Positions 9,509 to 18,911 of a stretch of DNA of 64,000 bases are shown piece after piece (the first letter of the stretch is position 1; each line of letters opens with the position of its first letter). The stretch comes from Bacillota bacterium (GTDB taxonomy: Bacteria > Bacillota > DTU014): contig JAAYAB010000212.1 of assembly GCA_012719595.1 (NCBI GenBank), forward strand, positions 14,677-78,676, in the 5' to 3' direction. The notes under the pieces were generated by a model. The model made no database searches. It saw only the letters and a list, made by a program, of their open reading frames with translations, and was not told the origin of the DNA. The position numbers were made by a program, and so were the translations under genes.

Positions 9509-10841
9509 CCGGCACCCTTTCCCCCTCGAGAGTCCACGTCTTGGCTCGGGTGATCCGAACCCAAACGCTCGAGCCGTTTTCCAGATCTCCCTGAGGGTCA
9601 AAAGACACGATTTTGTTCGTGCGGGTCCGCCCTTGGTAGCGGGCAGAGTCTTTGCTGCTCGGCCCCTCGACGAGGAGCTCGTACACCCGGCCGACCATCT
9701 CCAAATTGCGCTCTTTGCTGATTGCATTCTGGGTCTCTATGAGTTCGTAGAGGCGGTCCATCCGTTCCTGATGCTCGACTTGTTCATCCATGCCTGCTGC
9801 CGGCGTGCCTTTTCGAGGCGAAAATGCAAACGTGAACGCCGAGTCGAACCGCACTCTGCGGACCATATCAAGGGTGTCCTCGAAGTCCGGCCGGGTTTCG
9901 CCCGGGAAACCGACGATCAAGTCAGTTGTGATCGCTGCTTCAGGAATCTTGGCTCTGATCAGGTCCGTGAGCCGGAGGTAGTCATCGCGGGTGTAGCCGC
10001 GGTTCATTCGAGCCAGGATCCGGTTGCTGCCCGCCTGCAGCGGAAGATGTATGTGCTCGCAGATGGTGTCCTCCTCGGCGATCACGTCAATAAGCCTCTC
10101 GGACATATCCTTGGGATGCGACGTAGTGAATCTCACGCGCTTCACTCCAGGAATGCGGCTCACATCGCGCATGAGCGAGGCGAAGTCGTACTTGTCCGGG
10201 AGGTCCCGGCCGTAGGAATTGACGTTCTGTCCGAGGAGGGTAAACTCGCAGAACCCGTCTGCGACCAGAGACCGCACTTCCTCGAGTATGCTGTCCCTGG
10301 ACCGACTCCTCTCCCGGCCTCGAACGTATGGCACTATGCAGTACGAGCAGAAGTTGTTGCACCCGTACATCACGGTTATCCAGGCCTGAAAACCTGTCTG
10401 GCGTTTAGTCGGCAGGCCCTCGACTATTTCACCTTCGCTGTCCCACACCTCGATGACGCGTCTGCGGCCGCTTTGCACCTGGTCCAGCAGTTCAGGTAAC
10501 CTGTGCAGATTGTGTGTGCCGAACACAAGGTCGACATACGGGTAGTCCTTCTGTATCACTTCGAGCTCGGCCTCTTGCTGAACCATGCACCCGCAGACAG
10601 CGAGAATCAGGTCCGGGTTCTGGTCCTTCAGCCGTTTCAGCTGGCCGATGAGACCGTAGACCTTGTCCTCGGCGTTTCGGCGCACGCAGCACGTGTTCAG
10701 CAGGATGATGTCGGCGTCTTCAGGAGAGTCAGTCGGCGAGAACCCGACAGACTCGAGCATCCCTGCGATCCTCTCTGAGTCGTTTTCATTCATCTGGCAC
10801 CCGTAGGTCCTGAGGTAGTAGCGCGACGGAGCGCACCTCAT
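9501..10841 (-). CDS. miaB: tRNA-2-methylthio-N6-dimethylallyladenosine synthase MiaB (radical SAM methylthiotransferase)
   Basis: YYLRTYGCQMNENDSE (MTTase N-domain); CNNFCSYCIVPYVRG radical-SAM cluster; TRAM C-terminal. Overlaps mutS start (operon). Confidence 0.9.
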   Translation of the reverse strand: MRCAPSRYYLRTYGCQMNENDSERIAGMLESVGFSPTDSPEDADIILLNTCCVRRNAEDKVYGLIGQLKRLKDQNPDLILAVCGCMVQQEAELEVIQKDYPYVDLVFGTHNLHRLPELLDQVQSGRRRVIEVWDSEGEIVEGLPTKRQTGFQAWITVMYGCNNFCSYCIVPYVRGRERSRSRDSILEEVRSLVADGFCEFTLLGQNVNSYGRDLPDKYDFASLMRDVSRIPGVKRVRFTTSHPKDMSERLIDVIAEEDTICEHIHLPLQAGSNRILARMNRGYTRDDYLRLTDLIRAKIPEAAITTDLIVGFPGETRPDFEDTLDMVRRVRFDSAFTFAFSPRKGTPAAGMDEQVEHQERMDRLYELIETQNAISKERNLEMVGRVYELLVEGPSSKDSARYQGRTRTNKIVSFDPQGDLENGSSVWVRITRAKTWTLEGERVPDD

Positions 10842-11127
10842 TCGCCTGCACCTCACTCACAGTCAACAAGAAGGCAGTGGAAGCAGTCTCTGCTGCAGGT
10901 TGAGAGGACTGGCTCTGTACATTGTACCACTGATGCATAGGTGCTACAAGCAACGCTGCGGCTTTGCGGCTCCTGAGCGTGGAAGAGATCGGCCGCGAGC
11001 GTGGATCGGGGCGATCGGGAGCATTGGCGGAAGCGGCGATGGCGCCGATTGGCAGTGTCGACCGAGGCTGCCACTGGCAGTGATGATGCCGACCGAAAGC
11101 ATCAATGGAACCGGCCTGGCAGGGCAG

Positions 11128-13551
11128 CTAGATGTACACTTCCACTATGTCTCTGTCTATCAGCTTCACGGTTTCTCTAACCTTCTCGACCAATCGTGCA
11201 TGCCCGGGCACTGCTTTGGCGATCTGCCTCAGGAGATCGATAGCTCTGCGCAGGACCAGGACGATGGAGCCCTCGTCCACGTCGGTCAGCGATCTGACGT
11301 GGAGGAAGTCGTGTCCGTCAGCCCATGCAAACGCGGCTTTCGCAAGTGTCTCGTTGTACACAGTCTCCTGGTACCCGAGAAACTCCATTTCCCAGCCCGT
11401 CACTCTCGCAAGAGTCTCATAGATCCTGTAGTCGTCGAAGAACGGCCGTTTTGGCACCTCTTCGAGTCTGCGGGGCTCATAGTCTATGCTGGCGGCAAGA
11501 GCGGCGAGTTCGCGGCTGTCCATCGCGTCCAGGATTCCGTCGGCAAGAAGCTCAGTCACAAACAGCTCCTGAATGTGAATGTGCTGTGCGATCAGGCCGC
11601 GCGGGAGCAGCTGGGAGCCGGAGATGTAGCCCTTCGCCTCGAGAAGCCGGAGCCTGTTTCTGTAGTCTTCAAGCTTCGTCTCGGGCGATCCGAGGCTCAT
11701 GGCGTCCTCCAGCAGCAAATTGAGTTCTTGTTGGGCTTCGCGGAACCTCTTGTACGCATGAGTGCAGTGGCTGGCTCTGCTACCGCACCGCTCGACTCTG
11801 ATGCCCTCCACTCTCTTGCGCAATTCGTCTATGCTCGCTTTTGCGGCCCTGATCCGCGCAGCGTGCCGCGCCGCATCGCGCTTGCCGCGAGGCACCATCG
11901 CCTCAAGCCTCTCCAGCTGCTGCCTCTTTCTCTTCAGTTTGCCCATATTGCGGCGATAGACTCTCCTGCACGCGTCTCTCCCATACTCAGGACAAACGTC
12001 GTTCTTCAGGCCCTCGACACGCCGCCTGGTCACCTCTATGCGCTCTTCGATTCCTCGTCTTCTCTCTCTGTACCTGAACGAGTCAAACCCCTTCTGAAAG
12101 ATGTCGAGTATTTCGCTATCGCCGTACTGAGACGCCAGGTTGAGCACGGTATTCATGGACAAGCTGAAGTTGCCCTGCAGGTCCTCAACAGATTCCTCAG
12201 AGAACGAGGGCACATCGCTGAAATCGTGGAAATAGGCGTCGACAAGAGTAATTGCTGTGCCCTTCTCATCGATCCCGCGGCGGCCCGCCCGCCCCGCCAT
12301 CTGGAAGTACTCGCTTGCTTTGAGCTTCCTGAACTCGCGGCCGTCGTATTTCGTCGGTGATTCGAAGCACACGGTTCTCACAGGGTAGTTGATGCCCACC
12401 GCAAACGTTTCGGTAGCAAACAAAAGCTTGATCAGGCGTCTCTCATAGAGCTCCTCCACCAGCCGCTTCAGCGGCGGCAGGAGTCCGGCATGGTGGAACG
12501 CGATTCCCTTCGGCAGGCACCGCTCGAGTATCTCAAGGTGCTCGCTTCCCTTGATCGTGCTCTTCGCCTCGGCAAGGGCTGCCCGCACCTCCTCCCGCTC
12601 CTCGCCGAGAAGGTAGTCGATGCGCGCCGCGCACGACGACGCGTACTCCTCGCACTTGCGCCTGCTGAAGACGAAGAACAGGCACGGAAGCCGCTCCCTT
12701 TCGAGCTTCCCGACAAGCTCGTAGTAGAAGGTTCTGGGGTATTTCAGCTCCCGCGTGTCGCCGAGGGGCGACTTCTCATATCTGGCATACTGTCTCTTCA
12801 GGTCCGCTTTCGTTGCTATCCCTATACTGGTCTCAAAAACGAAGTGCTCGAGAGGAACTGGTCTGATGTCATGTTTGATGGCCACAACGTGATCCTCGCG
12901 GACATGCGCAAGCCACTCGCAGAACACGAACAGATTTGGGACTGTCGCGCTGAGACCGAGGATCTTGATAGACTTCGGCAAGAGGATCAGGCACTGTTCC
13001 CAGACGTGACCGCGATCCTCGTCTGATATGTAGTGGATCTCGTCGAATATGGCGTAAGATATCTCTGTCAGGAGGTCCTTGTCCTCCAGAATCATGTTTC
13101 GCAGGACTTCGGTGGTCATCACCAGTATGGGGGCGTCGGGATTGATGACCACGTCTCCAGTCAGCACTCCAGCCTGCGTCTCTCCCAGCAGTTTCTTGAA
13201 CTCCTTGAACTTCTGCATGCTGAGGGTCTTGATCGGTGCGGTATAGACGGCTCGTTTCCCATCGCGGCACAGCTTCTCGATTATGAAGTCCGCCACCACT
13301 GTCTTTCCCGAACCGGTCGGGGCACCTACCAGCACTGAGAACCCCTGATCGAGTGCACAGATGGCTTCACGCTGAAATCTATCGAGAACGAAACCCCTGT
13401 AGCCCCCGTAACGCGAGAGCAAGGCCTCGTCTATCACAACGTTCCTTCCGCTGTCCGCCGGATACACAGCAATTGCTGCGCCTCCATCTTCCTGGGCAGG
13501 CTCCTCCGCCATGCGTTCTTCGTGCCGTATCCCTTGGCTAATCTCCGTCAC
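11128..13551 (-). CDS. Ski2-like DEAD/DEAH-box superfamily-2 helicase (HelY-like)
   Basis: Walker A GAPTGSGKT, DEIH box (FDEIHYISD), SAT motif, helicase C-terminal FATETFAVGINYP...QMAGRAGRRG; long coiled/arch-like C-terminal region typical of Ski2/Mtr4/HelY. Confidence 0.8.
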   Translation of the reverse strand: MTEISQGIRHEERMAEEPAQEDGGAAIAVYPADSGRNVVIDEALLSRYGGYRGFVLDRFQREAICALDQGFSVLVGAPTGSGKTVVADFIIEKLCRDGKRAVYTAPIKTLSMQKFKEFKKLLGETQAGVLTGDVVINPDAPILVMTTEVLRNMILEDKDLLTEISYAIFDEIHYISDEDRGHVWEQCLILLPKSIKILGLSATVPNLFVFCEWLAHVREDHVVAIKHDIRPVPLEHFVFETSIGIATKADLKRQYARYEKSPLGDTRELKYPRTFYYELVGKLERERLPCLFFVFSRRKCEEYASSCAARIDYLLGEEREEVRAALAEAKSTIKGSEHLEILERCLPKGIAFHHAGLLPPLKRLVEELYERRLIKLLFATETFAVGINYPVRTVCFESPTKYDGREFRKLKASEYFQMAGRAGRRGIDEKGTAITLVDAYFHDFSDVPSFSEESVEDLQGNFSLSMNTVLNLASQYGDSEILDIFQKGFDSFRYRERRRGIEERIEVTRRRVEGLKNDVCPEYGRDACRRVYRRNMGKLKRKRQQLERLEAMVPRGKRDAARHAARIRAAKASIDELRKRVEGIRVERCGSRASHCTHAYKRFREAQQELNLLLEDAMSLGSPETKLEDYRNRLRLLEAKGYISGSQLLPRGLIAQHIHIQELFVTELLADGILDAMDSRELAALAASIDYEPRRLEEVPKRPFFDDYRIYETLARVTGWEMEFLGYQETVYNETLAKAAFAWADGHDFLHVRSLTDVDEGSIVLVLRRAIDLLRQIAKAVPGHARLVEKVRETVKLIDRDIVEVYI

Positions 13552-13569
13552 TCAATCACCTCTCCGACC

Positions 13570-14403
13570 TCACTGTCCAGCACCCATCGCTTTGCGCAAG
13601 AGCTGCGACGCGAGTGCGGCGAAGCTGTCGGCGTCGCCAGACGTGTACCATGTCACCCGGTTGTCTAAGAACGAATGCACTGCCTCCGACTGTGCGCGGC
13701 CTGCTGCGTCATTGCACACGCGAAGCAGTCCGCTTTCCCTGAGCACGTTCCTCAGGTGTCGCACGGTCCCTGCGTTGCCGTCCACAATAGGGACCTCGCC
13801 GCCGAGAATCGATGCAAGCTCTCTGCGCACGAACACGTAATGGGTGCAGCCGAGGACGACCGCTGCCAGGCGTCTGCCGGCCAGCGGGCTCAGCCTGCCG
13901 GAGAGATACTGGCGGACCTCGTCACCCTCTGTGAGACCGGACTCAATCAGCTCGACCAGCCCCGGACACGACACGGGCTCGATCTCTGCTGCGGCGGAAA
14001 GGCGGTTTACCAGCGACCAGAACTTCTCCTCTCTGAGGGTCAGAGGCGTAGCCAGCACCAGCACAGCTCCTGGCCTGCACATCTCCACTGCGGGTTTCAG
14101 AGCGGGCTCCATTCCCACGACGGGGATGTGGAGCGTGGCTCTGAGGACCGTGATCGCTGCGCTGGTAGCGGTGTTGCAGGCCACCACAAGGCACTTCACG
14201 CCCCGGTCGAGCAAAAACTGCGCTGCCTGAAGCGCGAGACTTCGGACGCATTCTGTGCTCTTCGAACCGTAAGGGGCGTTCGCACAGTCGCCGAAGTATA
14301 TGAACCTCTCATCCGGGAGGACACGCAGCATCTCTGCGAGTACGCTGATGCCTCCGACTCCAGAGTCAAAGACTCCGATTGGCAACTCAGCGGGACACGA
14401 CAT
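13570..14403 (-). CDS. murI: Glutamate racemase MurI
   Basis: IGVFDSGVGGISVL...VVACNTA...VLGCTHY conserved racemase motifs. Confidence 0.9.
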   Translation of the reverse strand: MSCPAELPIGVFDSGVGGISVLAEMLRVLPDERFIYFGDCANAPYGSKSTECVRSLALQAAQFLLDRGVKCLVVACNTATSAAITVLRATLHIPVVGMEPALKPAVEMCRPGAVLVLATPLTLREEKFWSLVNRLSAAAEIEPVSCPGLVELIESGLTEGDEVRQYLSGRLSPLAGRRLAAVVLGCTHYVFVRRELASILGGEVPIVDGNAGTVRHLRNVLRESGLLRVCNDAAGRAQSEAVHSFLDNRVTWYTSGDADSFAALASQLLRKAMGAGQ

Positions 14404-15097
14404 CTGCTACAGCCTCACCATCGCGAGTGCGACCAACCACGACTGCATCGACCATGGCAACGAACAGACCGTGCCCGACCAGTCCAGGGATTCCATCCAG
14501 CCGCCTGCTGATTGCCACTGGGTCTTCCATCGGACCGGTGTGCATGTCCAGGACAAGATTCCCTTCGTCGGTCCTGACCGGTCCGTCCTTGCCCGTTCCT
14601 GATCTGAGGGAGCAGCTGTATCCCATGCGCTCGATTTCCCTCTTCACCAGCCCAAGAGCAGGTGGAAGGACTTCGATCGGAACCGGGAACCCGTCGCCTA
14701 GAGCCGTCACTAGCTTGCTCTCGTCTACGACTAGTATGTAACGGTCGGCAAGCGACGCGACGACTTTCTCAACCGTGTGGCATGCGCCGCCGCCTTTGAT
14801 CGCGTTGAGCTTGGGATCGACCTGATCAGCTCCGTCTACGCACAGGTCGAGCCTCGTCAGGAACGCAGGGTCGAGCACTGTGAACCCGTGCTGTACGCAG
14901 AGCGTCTTCGATTGAAAGGACGTGGGAACTACCTGCAACTGCAGGTCTTCCGACCGGTTCCTTTCAGCGAGCGCCTCGATGAAAGCCAGGGCCGTAGAAC
15001 CTGTGCCGACTCCGACGGCCATACCTCTGCCGACCATCTGCGCTGCAGCCTGCCCTGCTGCCCGCTTGGCTTCGAGGTTTGACGACGCCTGTTTCAT
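14387..15097 (-). CDS. rpiA: Ribose-5-phosphate isomerase A
   Basis: GMAVGVGTGSTA...VVPTS...DGADQVD...KGGGACHTVEK motifs; start at MKQASSNLEAKRAAG. Confidence 0.85.
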   Translation of the reverse strand: MKQASSNLEAKRAAGQAAAQMVGRGMAVGVGTGSTALAFIEALAERNRSEDLQLQVVPTSFQSKTLCVQHGFTVLDPAFLTRLDLCVDGADQVDPKLNAIKGGGACHTVEKVVASLADRYILVVDESKLVTALGDGFPVPIEVLPPALGLVKREIERMGYSCSLRSGTGKDGPVRTDEGNLVLDMHTGPMEDPVAISRRLDGIPGLVGHGLFVAMVDAVVVGRTRDGEAVADVVSR

Positions 15098-15134
15098 GTG
15101 ACCACCGCCCCTTGATATGGTGAATCTCCAAAGC

Positions 15135-16427
15135 CTAGTGCTCAACAGATCTGATCTTCACTGAGAGCGCGTGAGCGCTCATTCTTTCAGCCTCGGCGAG
15201 CGACACGATGAGTTCAGTGTTCTTCATGAGCTCGTCGCGGCTGTAACGGACTTCGGACATGTGTCTGACGAAATCCTCCACGCCGAGTCCTGAAGAGAAC
15301 CTGGCCGTGCCATTCGTCGGGAGAACGTGATTGGTCCCGCAGAAGTAATCGCCGACAGGCTCAGGAGTCCACTCGCCGATGTATATCGCACCGGCGTTTC
15401 GGATGCCCCTTGCAACCGTCTCATCGTCTTGAGCCAGGATTTCAACGTGCTCAGGCGCTATCGCGTTGGTCGCCTCGACTGCTTCTTCGAGCGATTGGAC
15501 GACAAACACAGCGCCGGCCGTCGCGAGCGCTTTCGACACGCGCTCCGTCAATCCGTGCTCGCGGGCGAGGGACGAAACTGCTTCTGCAATCCTCTGTGCC
15601 ATGTCCATAGATGGCACAAAGGCGACCGAAGACTCCTCTCCTGTGCCGTGCTCAGACTGAGACAGCAGATCGGCAGCTATCCGTCTGGGATCCGCGGATT
15701 CGTCTGCAATCACGACTATCTCCGACGGTCCTGCGAACGAGTCGATCCCTACGGCACCGTACACCAGCCTCTTCGCTGTCGACACGTAGATGTTGCCCGG
15801 GCCGACGATCTTGTCCACCCGCTCCACGCTTTCGGTGCCGTACGCAAGAGCAGCCACAGCCTGGGCTCCAGACATCTTCAAGACGCTATGAATCCCGAGA
15901 TAGTCTGCGACGTAGGTGATGTGTCGGTCCACTCTGCCGTTTCTCGGAGCTGTTACGACGACGATCTCCTCCACGCCTGCGACTAGTGCGGGAACGGCAT
16001 TCATCATGAGGCTCGAGCAGAGCGGCCCGCTCGCGCTTGGCACGCACACGCCGACCCTCCTGAGAGGAACGATCCGCCGCCTGAGGGACACGCCCGCAGG
16101 GTGCTCGATCTCGTAGGGTTCCGGCAACTGATGCCTGTGATACGTGAACAGGTTCTCGCATGCTTTCTTGACGGCCTCTTTGAACGTGTCCGATACCGTC
16201 TTGCGGGATTCCTCAAACTCATCCGGCTCAACCCTGAGTGTTTCCGGGCTCAACGTGACGCCGTCGAATCTCTTCATGTACTCAAACAGAGCCTCGTCCC
16301 CTCGGGCCCGCACGTCCAGCACTATTGATCTTGTAGCATCGAGTATCTCATCAGGGATGTCTGTGCTTCGCGAGAGAAGCTTCTTGAAAAGGGGGTTGTC
16401 CCACGAAAAAACGCTGACGGGTATCAT
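15135..16427 (-). CDS. hisD: Histidinol dehydrogenase HisD (isolated from other his genes)
   Basis: ARGDEALFEYMKRFDG..., GPGNIYVSTAKRLVYG, SQSEHG, CGTNHVLPT conserved motifs. Start at MIPVSVFSWD. Confidence 0.85.
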   Translation of the reverse strand: MIPVSVFSWDNPLFKKLLSRSTDIPDEILDATRSIVLDVRARGDEALFEYMKRFDGVTLSPETLRVEPDEFEESRKTVSDTFKEAVKKACENLFTYHRHQLPEPYEIEHPAGVSLRRRIVPLRRVGVCVPSASGPLCSSLMMNAVPALVAGVEEIVVVTAPRNGRVDRHITYVADYLGIHSVLKMSGAQAVAALAYGTESVERVDKIVGPGNIYVSTAKRLVYGAVGIDSFAGPSEIVVIADESADPRRIAADLLSQSEHGTGEESSVAFVPSMDMAQRIAEAVSSLAREHGLTERVSKALATAGAVFVVQSLEEAVEATNAIAPEHVEILAQDDETVARGIRNAGAIYIGEWTPEPVGDYFCGTNHVLPTNGTARFSSGLGVEDFVRHMSEVRYSRDELMKNTELIVSLAEAERMSAHALSVKIRSVEH

Positions 16428-16494
16428 GTCAGCCTCACCTCCATGAAGGGGAACAGGATACTGAGCAGTAGGTTCTGTCGCGACGACTGCGCGA

Positions 16495-17595
16495 TCAGGC
16501 TTTGTACGAACGCTCGAGGCGCGCTTCCCGCTCGTGGCGCTCAAACGCGAGCTCGATCAGGCGGTCGAGCAGTTCAGCATACGACAGCCCACTGGCCTCC
16601 CAGAGCTTCGGGTACATGCTTATCCGAGTGAATCCGGGGAGGGTGTTGATCTCGTTCACGATCAGATCTCCGTCTGACTTGAGGAAGAAGTCCACTCTAG
16701 CCATGCCGGAGCACTCCAGAGCCTTGTAGGCGCGCAATGCAGTCGCCTGGACCTTCCGCACTAGCGAGTCGTCCAGTTTCGCAGGAATCTCGAGCACAGC
16801 GCCGTTCTCATCGATGTACTTCGCCTCATACGAGTAGAAGTCGTGGGTCGGGAGCACCTCTCCCGGCAGGGAGGCGATCGGGTCGTCGTTGCCTAGAACT
16901 GAGCATTCGATCTCACGGCCCTCGATGAACTCCTCCACCAGCACCTTCTTGTCGTATCTCAGGGCGTTGTGGATCGCCTGAGGCAGCTCGCTGACTGTGT
17001 ACACCTTTGATATTCCGACCGATGACCCAAGGTTGGCAGGCTTGACGAACAAAGGCATCCCAAGCTGCTCCACGATATTGCTGTACGAGATTCTTTGGAT
17101 CTCGCTCCCTCGAAGCGCCACACTCTCTGCGACGGGGATTCCGGCTTCTCTGAGCAGCCTCTTCATCACGTCTTTATCCATGCCTATCGCCGAACCAAGG
17201 ACGTCAGCCCCGACATACGGCACGTCGAGCATCCTGAGCAATCCTTGGAGCGAACCGTCCTCACCATATGTGCCGTGGACAATCGGGAAGACCACATCGA
17301 TGTTGCCCACCGGCCGGCCTGTTCCCATCTCGATCAGAGAGCGATCGGCCCCTACGAGAGCGGGCACTACCGATGCGCATCGCTGGTTCAGGGCGATGAG
17401 CTTGGGGTCCTCAGCGTGTAGCAGCAGCGCAGAGGCCTCACCTGCAAGCCAGTTCCCTTTCTTGTCGATGCCGATCAAAACGACATCGTAGCGCTGCTTG
17501 TCGAGAGCCTCGTATATGCTCTTTGCAGACTGCAGGGAGACTTCGTGCTCACCGCTCTTGCCTCCGAAGATCAGACCGACGCGAGTTTTGGTCAT
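16495..17595 (-). CDS. ddl: D-alanine--D-alanine ligase
   Basis: RVGLIFGGKSGEHEVSLQSA N-terminus; ATP-grasp EINTLPGFT; start MTKTRVG preceded by GGAGG. Confidence 0.9.
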   Translation of the reverse strand: MTKTRVGLIFGGKSGEHEVSLQSAKSIYEALDKQRYDVVLIGIDKKGNWLAGEASALLLHAEDPKLIALNQRCASVVPALVGADRSLIEMGTGRPVGNIDVVFPIVHGTYGEDGSLQGLLRMLDVPYVGADVLGSAIGMDKDVMKRLLREAGIPVAESVALRGSEIQRISYSNIVEQLGMPLFVKPANLGSSVGISKVYTVSELPQAIHNALRYDKKVLVEEFIEGREIECSVLGNDDPIASLPGEVLPTHDFYSYEAKYIDENGAVLEIPAKLDDSLVRKVQATALRAYKALECSGMARVDFFLKSDGDLIVNEINTLPGFTRISMYPKLWEASGLSYAELLDRLIELAFERHEREARLERSYKA

Positions 17596-17705
17596 GGAAC
17601 CAGGCGCCTCCATAAGTGAGGTAGCGGCCTAGGTAATCTGCCCGGCGCGCTCTATACTATTATGCACGAAAGCCTCAGGTGGCGACAAGGGCAAGCAGCC
17701 TCAAC

Positions 17706-18911
17706 TCATGATTCTGCCGACCGATCGAGGGGACCGGTCCAGACCCCTCTCTCCGAACACCAGCGCCAACCGTCGGGCAGCCGCACTTGGTTTCTTGGAC
17801 GCCCTGCCTCGATCATCTCCAGCGTCTCCTGCCACGTGCCGACGCCGGAGAAGGCGTCTACCGCCCTCAGATTCTGCCATCCGACGGCGCACGCCGCGTT
17901 TGAGGCAGTCTCAATGGACTGGCCGCACGCGAGCGACATCAGGAACCCCGCGATTGACGAGTCGCCTGCTCCAGTGGCGGACTTGATCGTATCCGCCCAG
18001 TAGCCGGGCGACCAGAGCTGTCTGCCTGACCAGCTGTCGCTGTCAACCGGCCTCGCGCGGCCCATGTTGTCGATTCGGTCGCGATCTCCTGTCACCACGC
18101 AGTAGCCGAGGGCTCCGCACTTGATCCCCGCAACTGCGACGCCCATGTCCACGAACTCTCGTGCGAGCTCCAGGGCAATAGCAGGAGTCTCAAGGTCTCG
18201 CTGCTCGTCAGAGTAGTCTGAGAACCTCGCGTAGTACTCGGGCCTCATCATCATGACACACTCTTCGAGGCTGGGAAGGAATACGTCCACGCTCGGGAGC
18301 GACCTCAGAAGGATGCCCCGCCAGTCCTCGCGGGCTGCGTCAGTCGAAGGATCGAACATCGCCATGTCCAGAGACACGGTGACGCCGCACTGCTTGGCAG
18401 CCTGCAGCACCTTGGTCAGTTCCTCTCCTCCGTTCCGGTACATTCTCCGCATCAGAGTCGGATACCCGAAGTGGAAAATGCAGCATTCTGACAGACTGTG
18501 CAGGTCTATGTCCTCTAGCGAGAACGTGTCGTTGCAGCCGGGATGGTGAAAGAAGATCCGATCGGTACCGGGCGGTGCCAGGACGACACTGTACGACGTG
18601 CTGTCTCCGGTGCGGACTATCGCACTGACGTCCGACGAGTATCGACCGACTATGCTGATGGCGGTGGCTCCGAGGGAATCGTCGCCGACCTTCGCCATCA
18701 TCTTGACGTTCGCACCCAACCGGGCGAGCGAGATTCCCACGTTCGAGACGGCGCCACCGGTGCTGACCGTGAGCGGTCCTACGTAGTTGAGGCGCCCAGG
18801 CCGCATGATGTCCGTCAACCTCGAAGCCGACCGCCCTTCGAACTGCGGAGTCAAGTCTACGCACAGGTGTCCGACGACCGCGATCTGCAATTCCCTGCTC
18901 AGTTCAATCAC
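17706..18911 (-). CDS. PfkB-family carbohydrate kinase (ribokinase-like), substrate unknown
   Basis: N-terminal GG motif region; C-terminal ATGAGDSSIAGFL anion-hole/ATP motif typical of the PfkB family. Confidence 0.7.
   Translation of the reverse strand: MIELSRELQIAVVGHLCVDLTPQFEGRSASRLTDIMRPGRLNYVGPLTVSTGGAVSNVGISLARLGANVKMMAKVGDDSLGATAISIVGRYSSDVSAIVRTGDSTSYSVVLAPPGTDRIFFHHPGCNDTFSLEDIDLHSLSECCIFHFGYPTLMRRMYRNGGEELTKVLQAAKQCGVTVSLDMAMFDPSTDAAREDWRGILLRSLPSVDVFLPSLEECVMMMRPEYYARFSDYSDEQRDLETPAIALELAREFVDMGVAVAGIKCGALGYCVVTGDRDRIDNMGRARPVDSDSWSGRQLWSPGYWADTIKSATGAGDSSIAGFLMSLACGQSIETASNAACAVGWQNLRAVDAFSGVGTWQETLEMIEAGRPRNQVRLPDGWRWCSERGVWTGPLDRSAES

Noticed and set aside
10900-12360. Long plus-strand ORFs: 486 aa here; also 9444..10499, 3114..3917, 6418..7059, 41489..42346, 44617..45864, 49978..50289 upstream extension, 60683..62476 and others
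   Set aside because: All lie antisense to (or overlap) well-supported minus-strand genes. They have low-complexity Arg/Pro/Ala/Ser-rich translations with no recognisable domains. Stop-free antisense frames are expected at >60% GC.
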